A DNA stretch of 64,000 bases, taken from NCBI GenBank assembly GCA_010909165.1, contig MU008213.1, positions 188,402 through 252,401 of the forward strand. The letters are read 5' to 3'. The stretch comes from Anthoceros angustus. Its lineage: Eukaryota; Plantae; Anthocerotophyta. Made by a program: the position numbers and the translations under genes. Every line of letters starts with the position of its first letter. The stretch's first letter is position 1. Shown piece after piece: positions 25,251-35,540 of the stretch. Below the pieces are notes generated by a model. It saw only the letters and a program-made list of their open reading frames with translations, was not told where the DNA came from and did no database searches.

Positions 25251-26319
25251 CACGTGGCGGAAATCCACGGAGGATTCCCCGCGGCAGGGCCGGGGTCAGC
25301 CGCCGCCGCTCTCAGCGTGCGCGGGCGGGCTCCGCACCTCCATCTCCATCTCAGGAATTGAGAAGCGGCAGCGGGCTCTCCCGCGGGCTCCTGCGCGCGA
25401 CTCCGGCTCCCGGGCGCTGCAGATCTCGCTCTCGGCGGGGCTCGGCATCCGAGCTCGCGCAGCAGCGAGCGATGGCGGACAGACAGCCACCCGCAGGCGC
25501 GGCGGCAGCAGCAGCAGCAGCAGGGTCAGGAGCAGCAGCGAGGGCAGGTCGCAGGAGAGCAGGAAAGCAAAGCCAAGCCAGGAGGCGAGCCAGGCTGCCT
25601 GCCTCGCAAGTGGAGCAGCAACGGAGACCGGGGCGGCAAGCCGATGCGATTGCGCCCTGCTCTGCCCCTCTGCCCCTCTGCCCCTCGCCCCGCGGGCAGC
25701 CCGCACGGGAAAAGAAGGTATTCGCCCTCGCTGCCCGGCTGCCCGCCGGGCCGCCCGGCCCGCCCCAATCCTCAATGGAACCCCACCAAACCCCTGGCAG
25801 CTTGATGGGAAAGTAAATATCTCCCGGGCGAGCGGCTGCCCGCTGCGCGGCTGCCCGCGGCGGGTAGCCCCGGAATTCCCTGCCCGGTAATTACCGCGGT
25901 AGATTCTTGTCCACGTGTCGCCCGCACGCTCGAGCCCGTCTGAGGACCGGTCCCCGGGCGCGACCAAGACGGGAAGGCGCAGGAAGAGCAGATTCCTGAC
26001 GTGGCCGCCACGCGGCGGGCGCTGGACGGCCAGCCCCGAAGCAGCCCTGTGCCAAGTGGAGGGATGCGCCGGGCCGCGCCTGTTCCCATTGGCCGCCCCA
26101 ATCCGCCCGGCCGGGTTAGGGTTATCCGCTGCGCTGCGAGTGGAGTAGCGGCGGCGCGATGAGCGGCGTGGCACTTTCCGACGTGGCGTTCGCTGGGGCA
26201 CGATCCGGCGATGCCAATTGGCGAACCCGTCCCCCCCACGCCGACTGGGACGCCACCCTGGAAAATACTCGCCTTCGTCACCGTCTCTCCTCCGCCGGCC
26301 CCGGTCTCCCTCCACGTGG
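25251..26319 (-). promoter_or_regulatory. ABRE/G-box-rich GC-rich upstream region of the bZIP gene, plus a telo-box
   Basis: ACGT-core elements: CACGTGGC 25251, CCACGTGTC 25911, GACGTGGC 25998, ACGTGGC 26181, CCACGTGG 26312. TTAGGGTT (telo-box) at 26116. Confidence 0.55.
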
Positions 26320-26699
26320 ACCCCCATATCTCGCATTATCATTACGCGCACGCAAAATCCTCTACATATGTCCCAATTCCGCAAGCTTATACTCTACTTC
26401 CCTTCCCTTCGAAGACATAACAACACACAAGCCCCAGGATTTCTCCGCCCGGCATCGAATTTAACATGAATATAAATATATATACATATAATTGAGAATT
26501 ATATTTTATTAATTTCCTATTGACTTATATGATATTATATAGGAAATAATACATCTCCTGTCACGAAGGTGGGGCCTATCACGAAGACGCGGCCACAGCC
26601 CGCCCTGCCCTAGAGAGGATGCCCGTCATCGCCATGGGAGTCCAGCGTGTTGAAGTTCCAGCTCGCGTGCCCTTCTGTCTCGAAGTGCACCCCCCCCGG

Positions 26700-27400
26700 G
26701 GAAGCCCATGCTGATCTGAAATCCCCCTGCCCGGCCCGGCCCGGCCCGCCGGTCGTTGGCATTCATCCGATCACACATGATGTTCCTGGTGATGGGATCA
26801 TGGCACCACATCAGGGCTCGGAGGTTGGATGGCGATGGTGAAGGTGAAGCACTGTCGGCCGGTGAGGCAGCGCCCTGGGAGGCAGCCTCTCCGTCAGCCT
26901 TTCCAGCTGATTCCAGGCCTGCCATCGTTGTCAAGACTGCTGCGAACATGTACCGCTTACGGCAGTGAGGAGCTTCTGCTTCTCATCCGTCTGAGCCTCT
27001 GCGGCCGAGAAAAGGGAGATAGCCTCCTCGAAGATGATCTGGCCCGGTTGTGACTGAAATTGAAGGAAAACTGGCAGCCACAGCGCTTGCAACCATCTCT
27101 TTCAGCAAAGCATCCTGGAGAGTGAAGACTCGCAGCAGGTTGTGCACTCGCGGCAAAGCCGCTTGACACTCGCATTGCCCCTCCTTGCTGTCAATTGCCA
27201 CTCGCCTGCATTTGCCTTTATGTCAGACGCCGAGACGCAGATGCGGGATGTCAGGAAAACCTTCAGCAAAGTTTCAGCGGTCAGAGCTGGGAATTACCAG
27301 ATGACAGAGGAAGCAACAGGCACTGCATGAGGAAGAGGCGATTGAGAAAGCCGTGAGGGCAGACTCTGAGCGGACAGTGCTCTTTCAGCACAGGCATCCT
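26700..27400 (-). pseudogene. Frameshifted, truncated paralogue of the N-domain/U-box part of the 29157-31776 gene (inverted orientation)
   Basis: AALPRVHNLLRVF..LLKEM ~ [18 protein letters not shown]. After a frameshift near 27095, LQALWLPV..QPGQIIFEEAISLFSAAEAQ ~ [26 protein letters not shown]. The same GTAAGC donor position is kept. TMAGLESAGK ~ [10 protein letters not shown], and LMWCHDPITRNIMCD ~ [15 protein letters not shown]. No EF-hands follow. Confidence 0.75.
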
Positions 27401-27822
27401 CGCATCCAGAGTAAAGTAAAGGGGACTAGTCACCTTGGAAGATACACGTCCCGTTGAACCGAGGAGTCTCTTCAGGAATCGGTGGGGCTTTGGGAGGCAC
27501 CTGGCCTTGAAGGAGTAGCCTGCGCTGAAGAGAAATTCTCTCCGGACAAAATGAAGAGACAATCAAAAAGCTTTGCTCGTTTTTCTAGAAGCATATTTAT
27601 GTGTTACATGGGCTGCCTATGCAAATTGTGAGCGACTTGGACATCCCAGATTTATTGCACAATTTACAATTTTGACAACACTTTATAAAGAGTTTAAGAA
27701 TGCACTTGAGCACAGTGAACAGAATCCGAGGAGAATACTTGTCACCAGAATCCAAGAAACGTGCAGATCGATGGACCAACTAGACTGGAAGTCTCCATTT
27801 ACTAGACTGGAATAATCAACAG

Positions 27823-27905
27823 AGCGGATGGATCTTGTTGCACATATGCAGCCAGCGAAGCGGATGGATCTTGTTGCACATCTGCAGCCAGCGAGCGGAT
27901 GGATC
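27823..27905. repeat. 35-36-bp tandem repeat, about 2.3 copies
   Basis: AGCGGATGGATC at 27823, 27859 and 27894. Confidence 0.85.
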
Positions 27906-29156
27906 AAGTCAAGCTAATCTTGACCTTGAAAATGTCCAAGTATCAAATACCTTGATCACTGCGCATTGATATGTCAGCAGAAGGATCCGCATCCTCTGAG
28001 GTTTTTGAACTTTACTTCGTCTCCACCGGAGTGGCTCTAGCTAGATCATGATGCTCCTGTCGTGCCAGATGATCAGCACTCTCACGTTGAGTGCTCTTCC
28101 GACTACTGGGAGATGTGTGCCCTCTAGCAGCCAGGTCTTGGCACCAGGAAGTGGGCTGTTGACAACACTTGTAGCTACGGTGCTCACACGCAGACGTATA
28201 ATCGCCCCTGCTCACATGAGAGCAAGGCCAGACTCACTGGGATGAATGGCGCCAGGTTTCCTCGTCTGGCTGACTGCCGTCTTCCTGCATCCCGACTCCC
28301 CGCATACTGTAAGAAGGAACCCTGCCTGAACCAAGATGTGGCACCACCTCCTCCTCATGCTCCTCTTGATCATGAGTACACCAAGCACCCCTGTTGCGGA
28401 GACCTAACGAGACCACCGTGACCAGTGGCAGTTGAACCGGCTGGAGCAAATCACTGGAAAAGGAGAGAAGGTCTGCGGCGATGCTGAGCAGAACAACATG
28501 TCCTCGTCAGCGACAGGCAGGGCAGACCAGCCTAGTGCAAAGCAGGCAGGGCACCGGCAGACCGGCGGGAAAAAGGCGCCATCGAAGGAGACGCGAACAA
28601 GGATTGGCATCCATTTCTAGAGGTTTTACAGGGATTTGCTGGCCTGAGCTTGGAGCAGCCTGGACTGGTTGTGCATTGAGATTGTGTGTGTGCTGAAATG
28701 AGCCCGAATCGGTTCTGCATTGCGATTGCGTGAGCCCGAATGCGGGAGGTGCAAGTGGCGTCGGCTGGACGTGCGCGCTCTGGGGCACTGGTACCCACGA
28801 CGACTGTATGTCAGGCAAATGGGCACGGAAGGGAAAGGGATTTTGCCCCCCGACCGCATTGGTGCGACTTGGATCCGTCTGCTGTTTGGTGGGCCCACGA
28901 GACTTGGTCCTGATGCTCTGCTTCCTCCCAAACTTCCTTGCGTGTGAGCTTCATATCAGCTTTGCTTTTCCTACTTTGCCTGATGGAGCTCTCTCGGGGT
29001 GGTCGGCGCGGATCCTGCACCTACGACTGAGCGCCAGGCTGAAATCCCGGTCTGCGGCCGAGCTCGATCGGGCTCTGATCCGATTCCGGACTGGGCTACG
29101 GGACCATAAGACCCTCACGGCTGGTGGATGCGTTCGGTTAGCAAGGGGGTGCAGGA

Positions 29157-30218
29157 ATGGGGCTTCCGGAGGGTCCGGTGAAGGCGGCCATCTCTGCTGC
29201 GGAGACGCTGCTGAGGATCCTGCTCTTGGGCAAGGGATTGTGGGATCAGCAGCATGATGGCGGCGGCGGTACGGATGATGTCGCGGTGGAGCTCAATGCG
29301 TTTATGCGGAATCTGGAGGACAACATCCAGGTGCTGAGTGGCAACACCTTGATGCACAAAAACGCCGCAACATGGGCCAATGGTACGCGCAGCGCCGTGG
29401 GGTTTCACCAATTTTCACCGACCTCGGGCCTGGACGGAAGAGGGCACTTGAGCTGAGGTGTGGTGTGGTTTTGTCGTGCGTGCTTGTTTGCAGAGGCGTT
29501 GCTGGTGGATCTGCGGGACGGAGCCAAGGAGGCGCATAAGATCCTGGGCAAGGGCTTCTTTGAGTCGGTCTGGGATGCCAAGAAGGTGTACTCGGAGCTG
29601 CGGCTGCTGCGTGAGCGCGTCGTCACCCCTTTCCAGATTGCCATCTTGTTCACTGCCTTGGATGTGGGTGGCTTTCACAACTCTTCTAAGCTTGTTGTTT
29701 GGTTGCAAGCTCGGAGGAGGTTTGCGATTCCTGTGCTTGGGTGCACTGCGAGGTGGAGTGACAATATGCTTCTTCGCTTGGTTGGGGCTTGGGTGCAGGT
29801 GGAAATCGAGAACCCTGACAACAAGGAGGAGTTCGAATCCGCCTTGTCTAGGGTTCAAAGCCTTCTCAAGGCCCTGACAAGCAGCAGCGCTGCATCCCTC
29901 AAGGATGTCCTGCAACAAGAGCTGCAAGGGCTGTGGCAACCTGTGCGGGCTGAGATGCAGGCGCGTCCCAACCAAATCGACGAGGCCCTCTTCTTCCTCA
30001 AGGCATCAGACCCTCAGATTGATGCTGTGCGGCAGTTCTTCTCTGGAGTAAGCCGGATAAAGCTTTATCTCTTGCTGCAGCTGGTGGGTTATGGCCACAT
30101 TGCAACACCGTATCCCGTGTGATTGGTACTAATGGGGCTCGTGTGCTGCTGTATATGTTGGAGTGAAGATTGTGGCGGAACTGGAGGCGGAGAAGAGCAA
30201 GAGGGAAGCCACTGCCAG

Positions 30219-30249
<31 letters not shown>

Positions 30250-30929
30250 CCTGCGCCCCACAGCAGCAACTCCTCTAAGAAGATTCCGGCAACAGACACC
30301 CTGAAGTGGTACCACGACCCCGTCACCTGGGAGGTGATGTGCGATCCCGTAAAGGGCAGCGACGGCCGGACATACGACAGATGGACCTTCATCGACCACG
30401 CCAGCAGCATGAAGCGCAGCCCCTTCGACCGCAGGGAGGATCGACCCCTCAAGGTCGAGTTCGACGACATCGACGCCCGCAGCAGGCTCTTTTCCAAATT
30501 CCCGGAGCAGGAAGAGAAGTACCGGCAACGGCGGAAGGAGTACCGGGCGGAGGCGCTGCGGCTGGCCGGGCAGCGGCTGTGCGGAGACGCGCTGCTGATG
30601 CTCCACAACGTGCTCTCCTGGGCGGAGGACGACCAGGAATGCAAGGCCAAGAAGCAGGAGCTGCAGGCCCGGTTCCCGAACCTCACGCCCGAGAAGGTGG
30701 GCGAGTTCAAGGAAGCCTTCGTCCTGTTCGACCGCGACGGGGACGGGGGCATCTCCATCGACGAGCTGGGCGTAGCGATGCGGCTGGTGGGCACCAGCCC
30801 CACCGAAGCGGAGCTGCAGGCCGCGATGCGCGAGGCGGATGTGGACGGGGACGGGAAGATCGACAGCCTGGAATTCCTCAACCTCATGTTCCAGGAGAAC
30901 GAGGGGAGGTCGGGATCGCCGCCGCCGCC

Positions 30930-30982
<53 letters not shown>

Positions 30983-31776
30983 TGACCGTAGAGCAGATGG
31001 CTCGGCTGAAGGAGGCCTTCGACGTGTTCGACAGGGACGGGGACGGGCAGATCTCGGCGCAGGAGCTGGGCACGGCGATGCGGCTGCTGGGCCACAACCT
31101 GACCCCGGCGGCGCTGCAAGAGCTCATGGACGAGGCGGACCGGGACGGGAGCGGGACGGTGGACTTCCCGGAGTTCCTGGCCATGACGCTGCGCGACGAC
31201 GGCGCCGTCACCGACTCGCAGCAGCAGCAGCGGCAGCAGCAGCAGCAGCGGCTGGTGATGACGCCGGACCAGGTGGTGCGCTACACGGAGCTCTTCGCCA
31301 TGGTGGACGGGAACGGCGACGGGAGCATCAGCGCGCGCGAGCTCAGCTCCGCGCTGCGGCTGCTGGGGCACGACGCGAGCGAGGCCGCGGCCGCGGCCTT
31401 GATCCAGGAGGTCGACATGGACGGGAACGGGAGCCTGAATCTGGCGGAGTTCCTCATCTTCATCGCCAAGTACAGCGGCGACGAGGGAGGCGAGACGCCC
31501 ACGCCCACGCCCACGCCCACGCCGCCGCAGCAGGAGGCGGATCCGGCGCTGACGGCGGCGCAGATCGCGCGGTACCGGGAGCTGTTTGGCGTGATCGATC
31601 GGAACGGCGACGGGCTCATCACGGCGCAGGAGCTGGGGGTTGCGCTGCGCCTCGCGGGCGAAAGCGCGGACGACGCCCAGCTGCAGGCTGCCATGGACGC
31701 TTACGACCGGAACGGGAACGGGACGCTGGAGTTGTCGGAGTTCCTGCACTTCATGGCGGCGCAGGAGCGGCCCTAG
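29157..31776 (+). CDS. Helical N-terminal domain + U-box-like domain + TPR-like hairpin + 8 EF-hands (four calmodulin-N-lobe-like units), about 750 aa, 4 exons
   Basis: join(29157..29382,29494..29663,29799..30047,30169..31776), phase-consistent. The last acceptor (GTGAAG|ATT, with TACTAAT branch-like motif upstream) is less certain. U-box: [26 protein letters not shown]...SPFDR. EF loops: [96 protein letters not shown]. The linkers contain polyQ and (PT)n. Confidence 0.85.
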
Positions 31777-32129
31777 CAGGAGTAGCCTCGCCTGAGGCCT
31801 GAGGCCTGAGGTGAGGAGCTCGGCTCACGCCGCCGCAGCTCCGCGACTTTCTCTTTTGAATCAATTTTCACTACTTAGTACATAATAAAAATGAATAATC
31901 ATCTTTCTCTAATTTTGTTTATCATCATCATTTGGAGTATTTTGCATCATATTCTAAATTTTTAATTCATTTTAATTTATTTAGATATAACATAAATATT
32001 CATATATATTATATCTAAATAAATATTTAGATATATCCGTGACTTTCTTCATGTGGTCTATCGGGATGATTTGTGACCACCTCGGGAACTACTTTACTCC
32101 CGAAGATCCTTCAAGTGTTTTTTAGAACG

Positions 32130-34230
32130 TTTTACTCAGGCAGCGACTGTGGCGAGGGTTGAGACTCCCCATCGAATTTCCCAGCTATTGCATGCTACAG
32201 CTAGCATGTTATTGGCTATAGAAAAGCCCATACTAGGGGTGCCCCCTATCGCCATGGGGTAGGCATTCTTACAATCGACTCATTAGCTGCGGCATTGCCC
32301 TCCAACTCCGGGAGCAGTTCCACGCTCATCTTAGCCCCCATCAATTTGGGATTGCCACTCCAAGGGGTTGTGAGTCGGTGGCCTTCGGTGTTGAGGCCGT
32401 TCTTAAGTCACATCCGGATTGGGTTACTCTGGAGGTCGATGTTGAAGACGCTCTCAAAACTATCTCTAGGGCGGCCATTTTCACCGAGCTCAAGGACGCA
32501 GGCGAGCAGCCGGCAAGTCTTGTCCCATTTGTTCGTTTCTTCTGTTGTTCCCCGTCTAACCTTTATTATCACCATGGTCCCTCAACGGAACGAATCTCCG
32601 TGTTGGACTTGGCGACGGAAACTAGGGTCCCTCATAGGTGCCCTCTTCGCCATGGCACACTTCAGGGTACTACCTCCTCAGTTTGGGAGTGTGTATATCC
32701 GGATGATACTCATCTCCTGTGGCCGGGGGATAAGATGAAGGAACAGTGTCTGGATAGAAAGGGTTTCTCCAATAACCCTTTTTTGCAAACAGACTTCCAC
32801 AAACCCCAAACGTATTTGATTTTAAACTTTATCAAGTTCTAAGGTTTCCTAAAAAAAGGTCATTCTCACGACCAGCACATGTACAAACATTTTAGGGCCC
32901 GTGCTATGAATTTGGTACACAAACTTGTTTGTGCACCAATCTTTCACTCGTAATAGTCAATCCTAAGACTATACTCTAGGAATTTGACAGGACTTTGTTT
33001 CTTAGATATTGGGACGATAATATCTTCGCTGACCTAATGCTCTTGATTCGCGTGTAGTGCGAGAATGAGATTGGTATGATCTGCACTTGGAGCTGGGCTT
33101 AGGCCAAACATCTCTTGATTCAAAAGATGCAAAAGGTTCTCACTACTAGTTCAAAGTTTTCATCACTAAGAAAAAAGATGAGGGCTAAGTCAAGATGAGC
33201 ACATATTCGGAATAGGAGGGTGCACAAAAAGGGTTGAAAACGCCAAAAGGAACGCTTTAAAACAAAAAACAAACATAAAATAGAATATGAAAAAATGCAA
33301 AATCTGCCAAAATTTTAGGGCAAGTGCATGCACTTGCCTCTGAAAATTGAATTTTTTGGATATTTTTTGAAGTTTTTGGATTTTTTGCCCCTTTTTTCTA
33401 GGAATGAACCATCTGGGAATGTACTAAGGTTTATATAGTTCATGCCCCTATGGCCTTCTTGACCCACGAAGGGGGCCACGGGAGTCCACATCTCGCTCCG
33501 TCCGTTTTCTAAGAGAAATGCCTCTATTGGATGAACGACAGAACTTCAGAACTAGCGTGTGACTAACGGTTTTAATTCTCTTCACCCCTTCAAAATCGCG
33601 ATGCCCACCCGTGGATGTGGCACATAGTGACTAAATGAACATATAGAGTGCGGCGCCACGGGTTTGAATATCGTATTTAAATTAACAAACACCCTTACAA
33701 ACACCCTAAAAAAAAGCGAATGCGCGTTTTTGCCCAAAATAAGATGAGATTTTAGCCATAACCTGTTTTTGCCAGAGAAACCTCTTTCCACCTAGATGTT
33801 GTTAAGGAAGCTTTCGAACTCTTCTCCGTTGAACTCTCCCGCCCAGGTTTGAAGGTGAAGATCTAGAAGTGCAAGGTCCAGTCCTTGTCGGGTGTTACGC
33901 CCTCTCTTCTATATTCCGAGGGAAATATTGCTTCTCTGCAGGGATTTCGCATTTTAAGGGTTCCAGTGAGGTCCCATGACTTCATAGAGGAGTAGGTGGA
34001 CACTACTTTCATGGAGGACTTAGCGCACACTGGCGACCTTTTTCCATTATGGGTCCCACAAGTGGCGTTTGATATCCTCTCTTCTTGCTTCACGCGTCGC
34101 CTAGGATACCTTATTCGAACCGTGCCTCCCTCTCTGACTTTTCTATCTAGCCTAAGGGACTCCAATAGGAGGCCATCGCATTGCTACACATGACGCAGTC
34201 CAAGACGTCATGTTCTCCATTACAAGGGAG
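32130..34230 (+). mobile_element. Degenerate CRE-like non-LTR retrotransposon RT (plus start of the RLE region), split by an insertion
   Basis: 32130-32722: IALQLREQFHAHLSPHQFGIATPRGCESVAFGVEAVLKSHPDWVTLEVDVEDALKTISRAAIF...YPDDTHLL. It resumes at about 33790: LDVVKEAFELFSVEL...GFRILRVP...QVAFDILSSCFTRRLGYLIRTVPP, then HRIATHDAVQDVMFSITRE at about 34180. Stops and frameshifts are present. Confidence 0.75.
32723..33786. other. About 1.06-kb AT-rich non-coding insertion interrupting the CRE-like RT (probable non-autonomous DNA element)
   Basis: The RT reading stops right after DDTHLL and resumes collinearly at about 33790. The insert contains a perfect 20-bp palindrome GGCAAGTGCATGCACTTGCC at 33319-33338. 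No clear TSD or TIR is visible. Confidence 0.55.
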
Positions 34231-34266
34231 AACTAATGGAATATAGCTTATTTTGGAATAGATATG

Positions 34267-34999
34267 TGTTAAAACATAATGGTGATTTCAGATACAATTA
34301 AATTAGGTTTAGTTTTATTATTTGTTAATTAATAACCATCAATAACCGTTTTTGTATAAGACCCTTTCTTTGTATGTAATTTGTATGATCTTGCGATTCG
34401 AACTTGCTCTCGTCCCTCTTGGTTACCACTTGCATGATCTTCACACATGCGATCCTAGGCTACCAACTTCTTTATGGTATCAGAGCCTTGATTCTGCTCA
34501 TCCCCCAAGTAGCTAATCCTCATGGAGTAGTTATGCTTCTCTCCAAAAAAAAAAAAAAAGGAAGAGGAGAGTACATTCCACTTGCCTCCAATCAAGCAAA
34601 GTAGCAAACATTGAAGCATATAGAGCAACGCAGAAAACAGATGATGAGGGTTGCAACACGACGGGGAGACACATAGGTCGATGAAAGTGCGGACCAACTC
34701 CACTTCCTGGAAAAATGCAGCAGGCGTCCCGCGACATTCTTGCCCGGAAGGAGAACACAAACCGCATGGCAGTTCAGCGATTTCAAGACTTTCGCACGCA
34801 GAGGCCCAGTGATCCGCCCAATCAACCCGGGAATTCGCCACAATTCAAAGGTGATGCTGGCCGTTCTGATCGCGATGTGGGGGCGTATGGCGTCGGTATT
34901 GAGTGGCGGGCACATTTTGAAAATGAGGAATCCGTGTTCGGAAGCATCTCGAGACAATTTTTGCATGTTGGTGACTTGCCACCGTGTTCACGAAGCTAG
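34267..34999 (+). mobile_element. 5' LTR-like segment with an initiator-Met tRNA primer-binding site and a gag-like ORF fragment
   Basis: A TGTT start at 34267 and AT-rich LTR-like sequence are followed by the PBS TGGTATCAGAGC at 34475-34486. The downstream ORF 34715-34999 (PQFKGDAGRSDRDVGAY) is loosely gag-like. No partner LTR is in the window. Confidence 0.6.
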
Positions 35000-35204
35000 C
35001 TACCCGGGATCAAATTCATAAACAAGTAGGTACATATTGCGGGCGCGTAGCGCCACGGAGATTGAGTCACGGGCGATCGCTGATGCCGCAAATTGAGGCG
35101 TCGTGCACCACGGCCCGCACAGGCGCGCGGCTTCATGGCAGCGCGGCCGACGCCCGATGGACTAAATAAATAATTAAAAAAAGGGGTATCAAACCTCAGG
35201 GCTC

Positions 35205-35277
35205 TGCATGTGACGGGAATCGAACTCGGGTGGCGCACGCGAAAGGCTGGGTTACTAAACCACTATACGTTTCTTGA
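35205..35277 (-). pseudogene. tRNA-derived remnant (Asp/Glu-like), tRNA pseudogene or SINE head
   Basis: The minus strand reads GTATAGTGGTTTAGTAACCCAGCCTTTCGCGTGCGCCACCCGAGTTCGATTCCCGTCACATGCA. It has A-box-like and B-box (GTTCGATTCC) motifs and a T7 run about 25 nt downstream. The acceptor and anticodon stems do not pair. Confidence 0.55.
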
Positions 35278-35540
35278 CATACATTTGCTTTTATTTAATT
35301 GATATACACTAGCTTAGTTCCTTTACATCATTGTAGTTGTAATATGCTTCGGTACTAATCATTCCTTTTTATGTATTTTGATCTCAATTATGATAGTGAT
35401 GATAGTGAAGCATTCAGTACATTGTTTGGCAATTTATTTGAAACATTGTTTGGTAATTTATTTGAAACTTTAGAGATAGAAACTCGTGTAGAGTATTCTA
35501 TATGGGATTTTTCTCCACAAGCTGTACAATCTAGATTAAG

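Noticed and set aside
26040-26075. SBP-box start (LCQVEGC) in ORF 25915..26148
   Set aside because: Nothing of the remaining SBP Zn-finger follows and there is no suitable splice donor. It lies in the GC-rich bZIP promoter and is treated as chance.
24955-26384. Several 250-360-aa ORFs on both strands
   Set aside because: Low-complexity Arg/Ala/Gly/Pro frames in the GC-rich 5'UTR and promoter of the bZIP gene, with no domains.
29998-31802. Long overlapping ORFs (583 aa minus, 498 aa plus, 360 aa minus) over the EF-hand exon
   Set aside because: Shadow ORFs caused by extreme GC3 bias and CAG repeats; only the 30163 frame has domain motifs.
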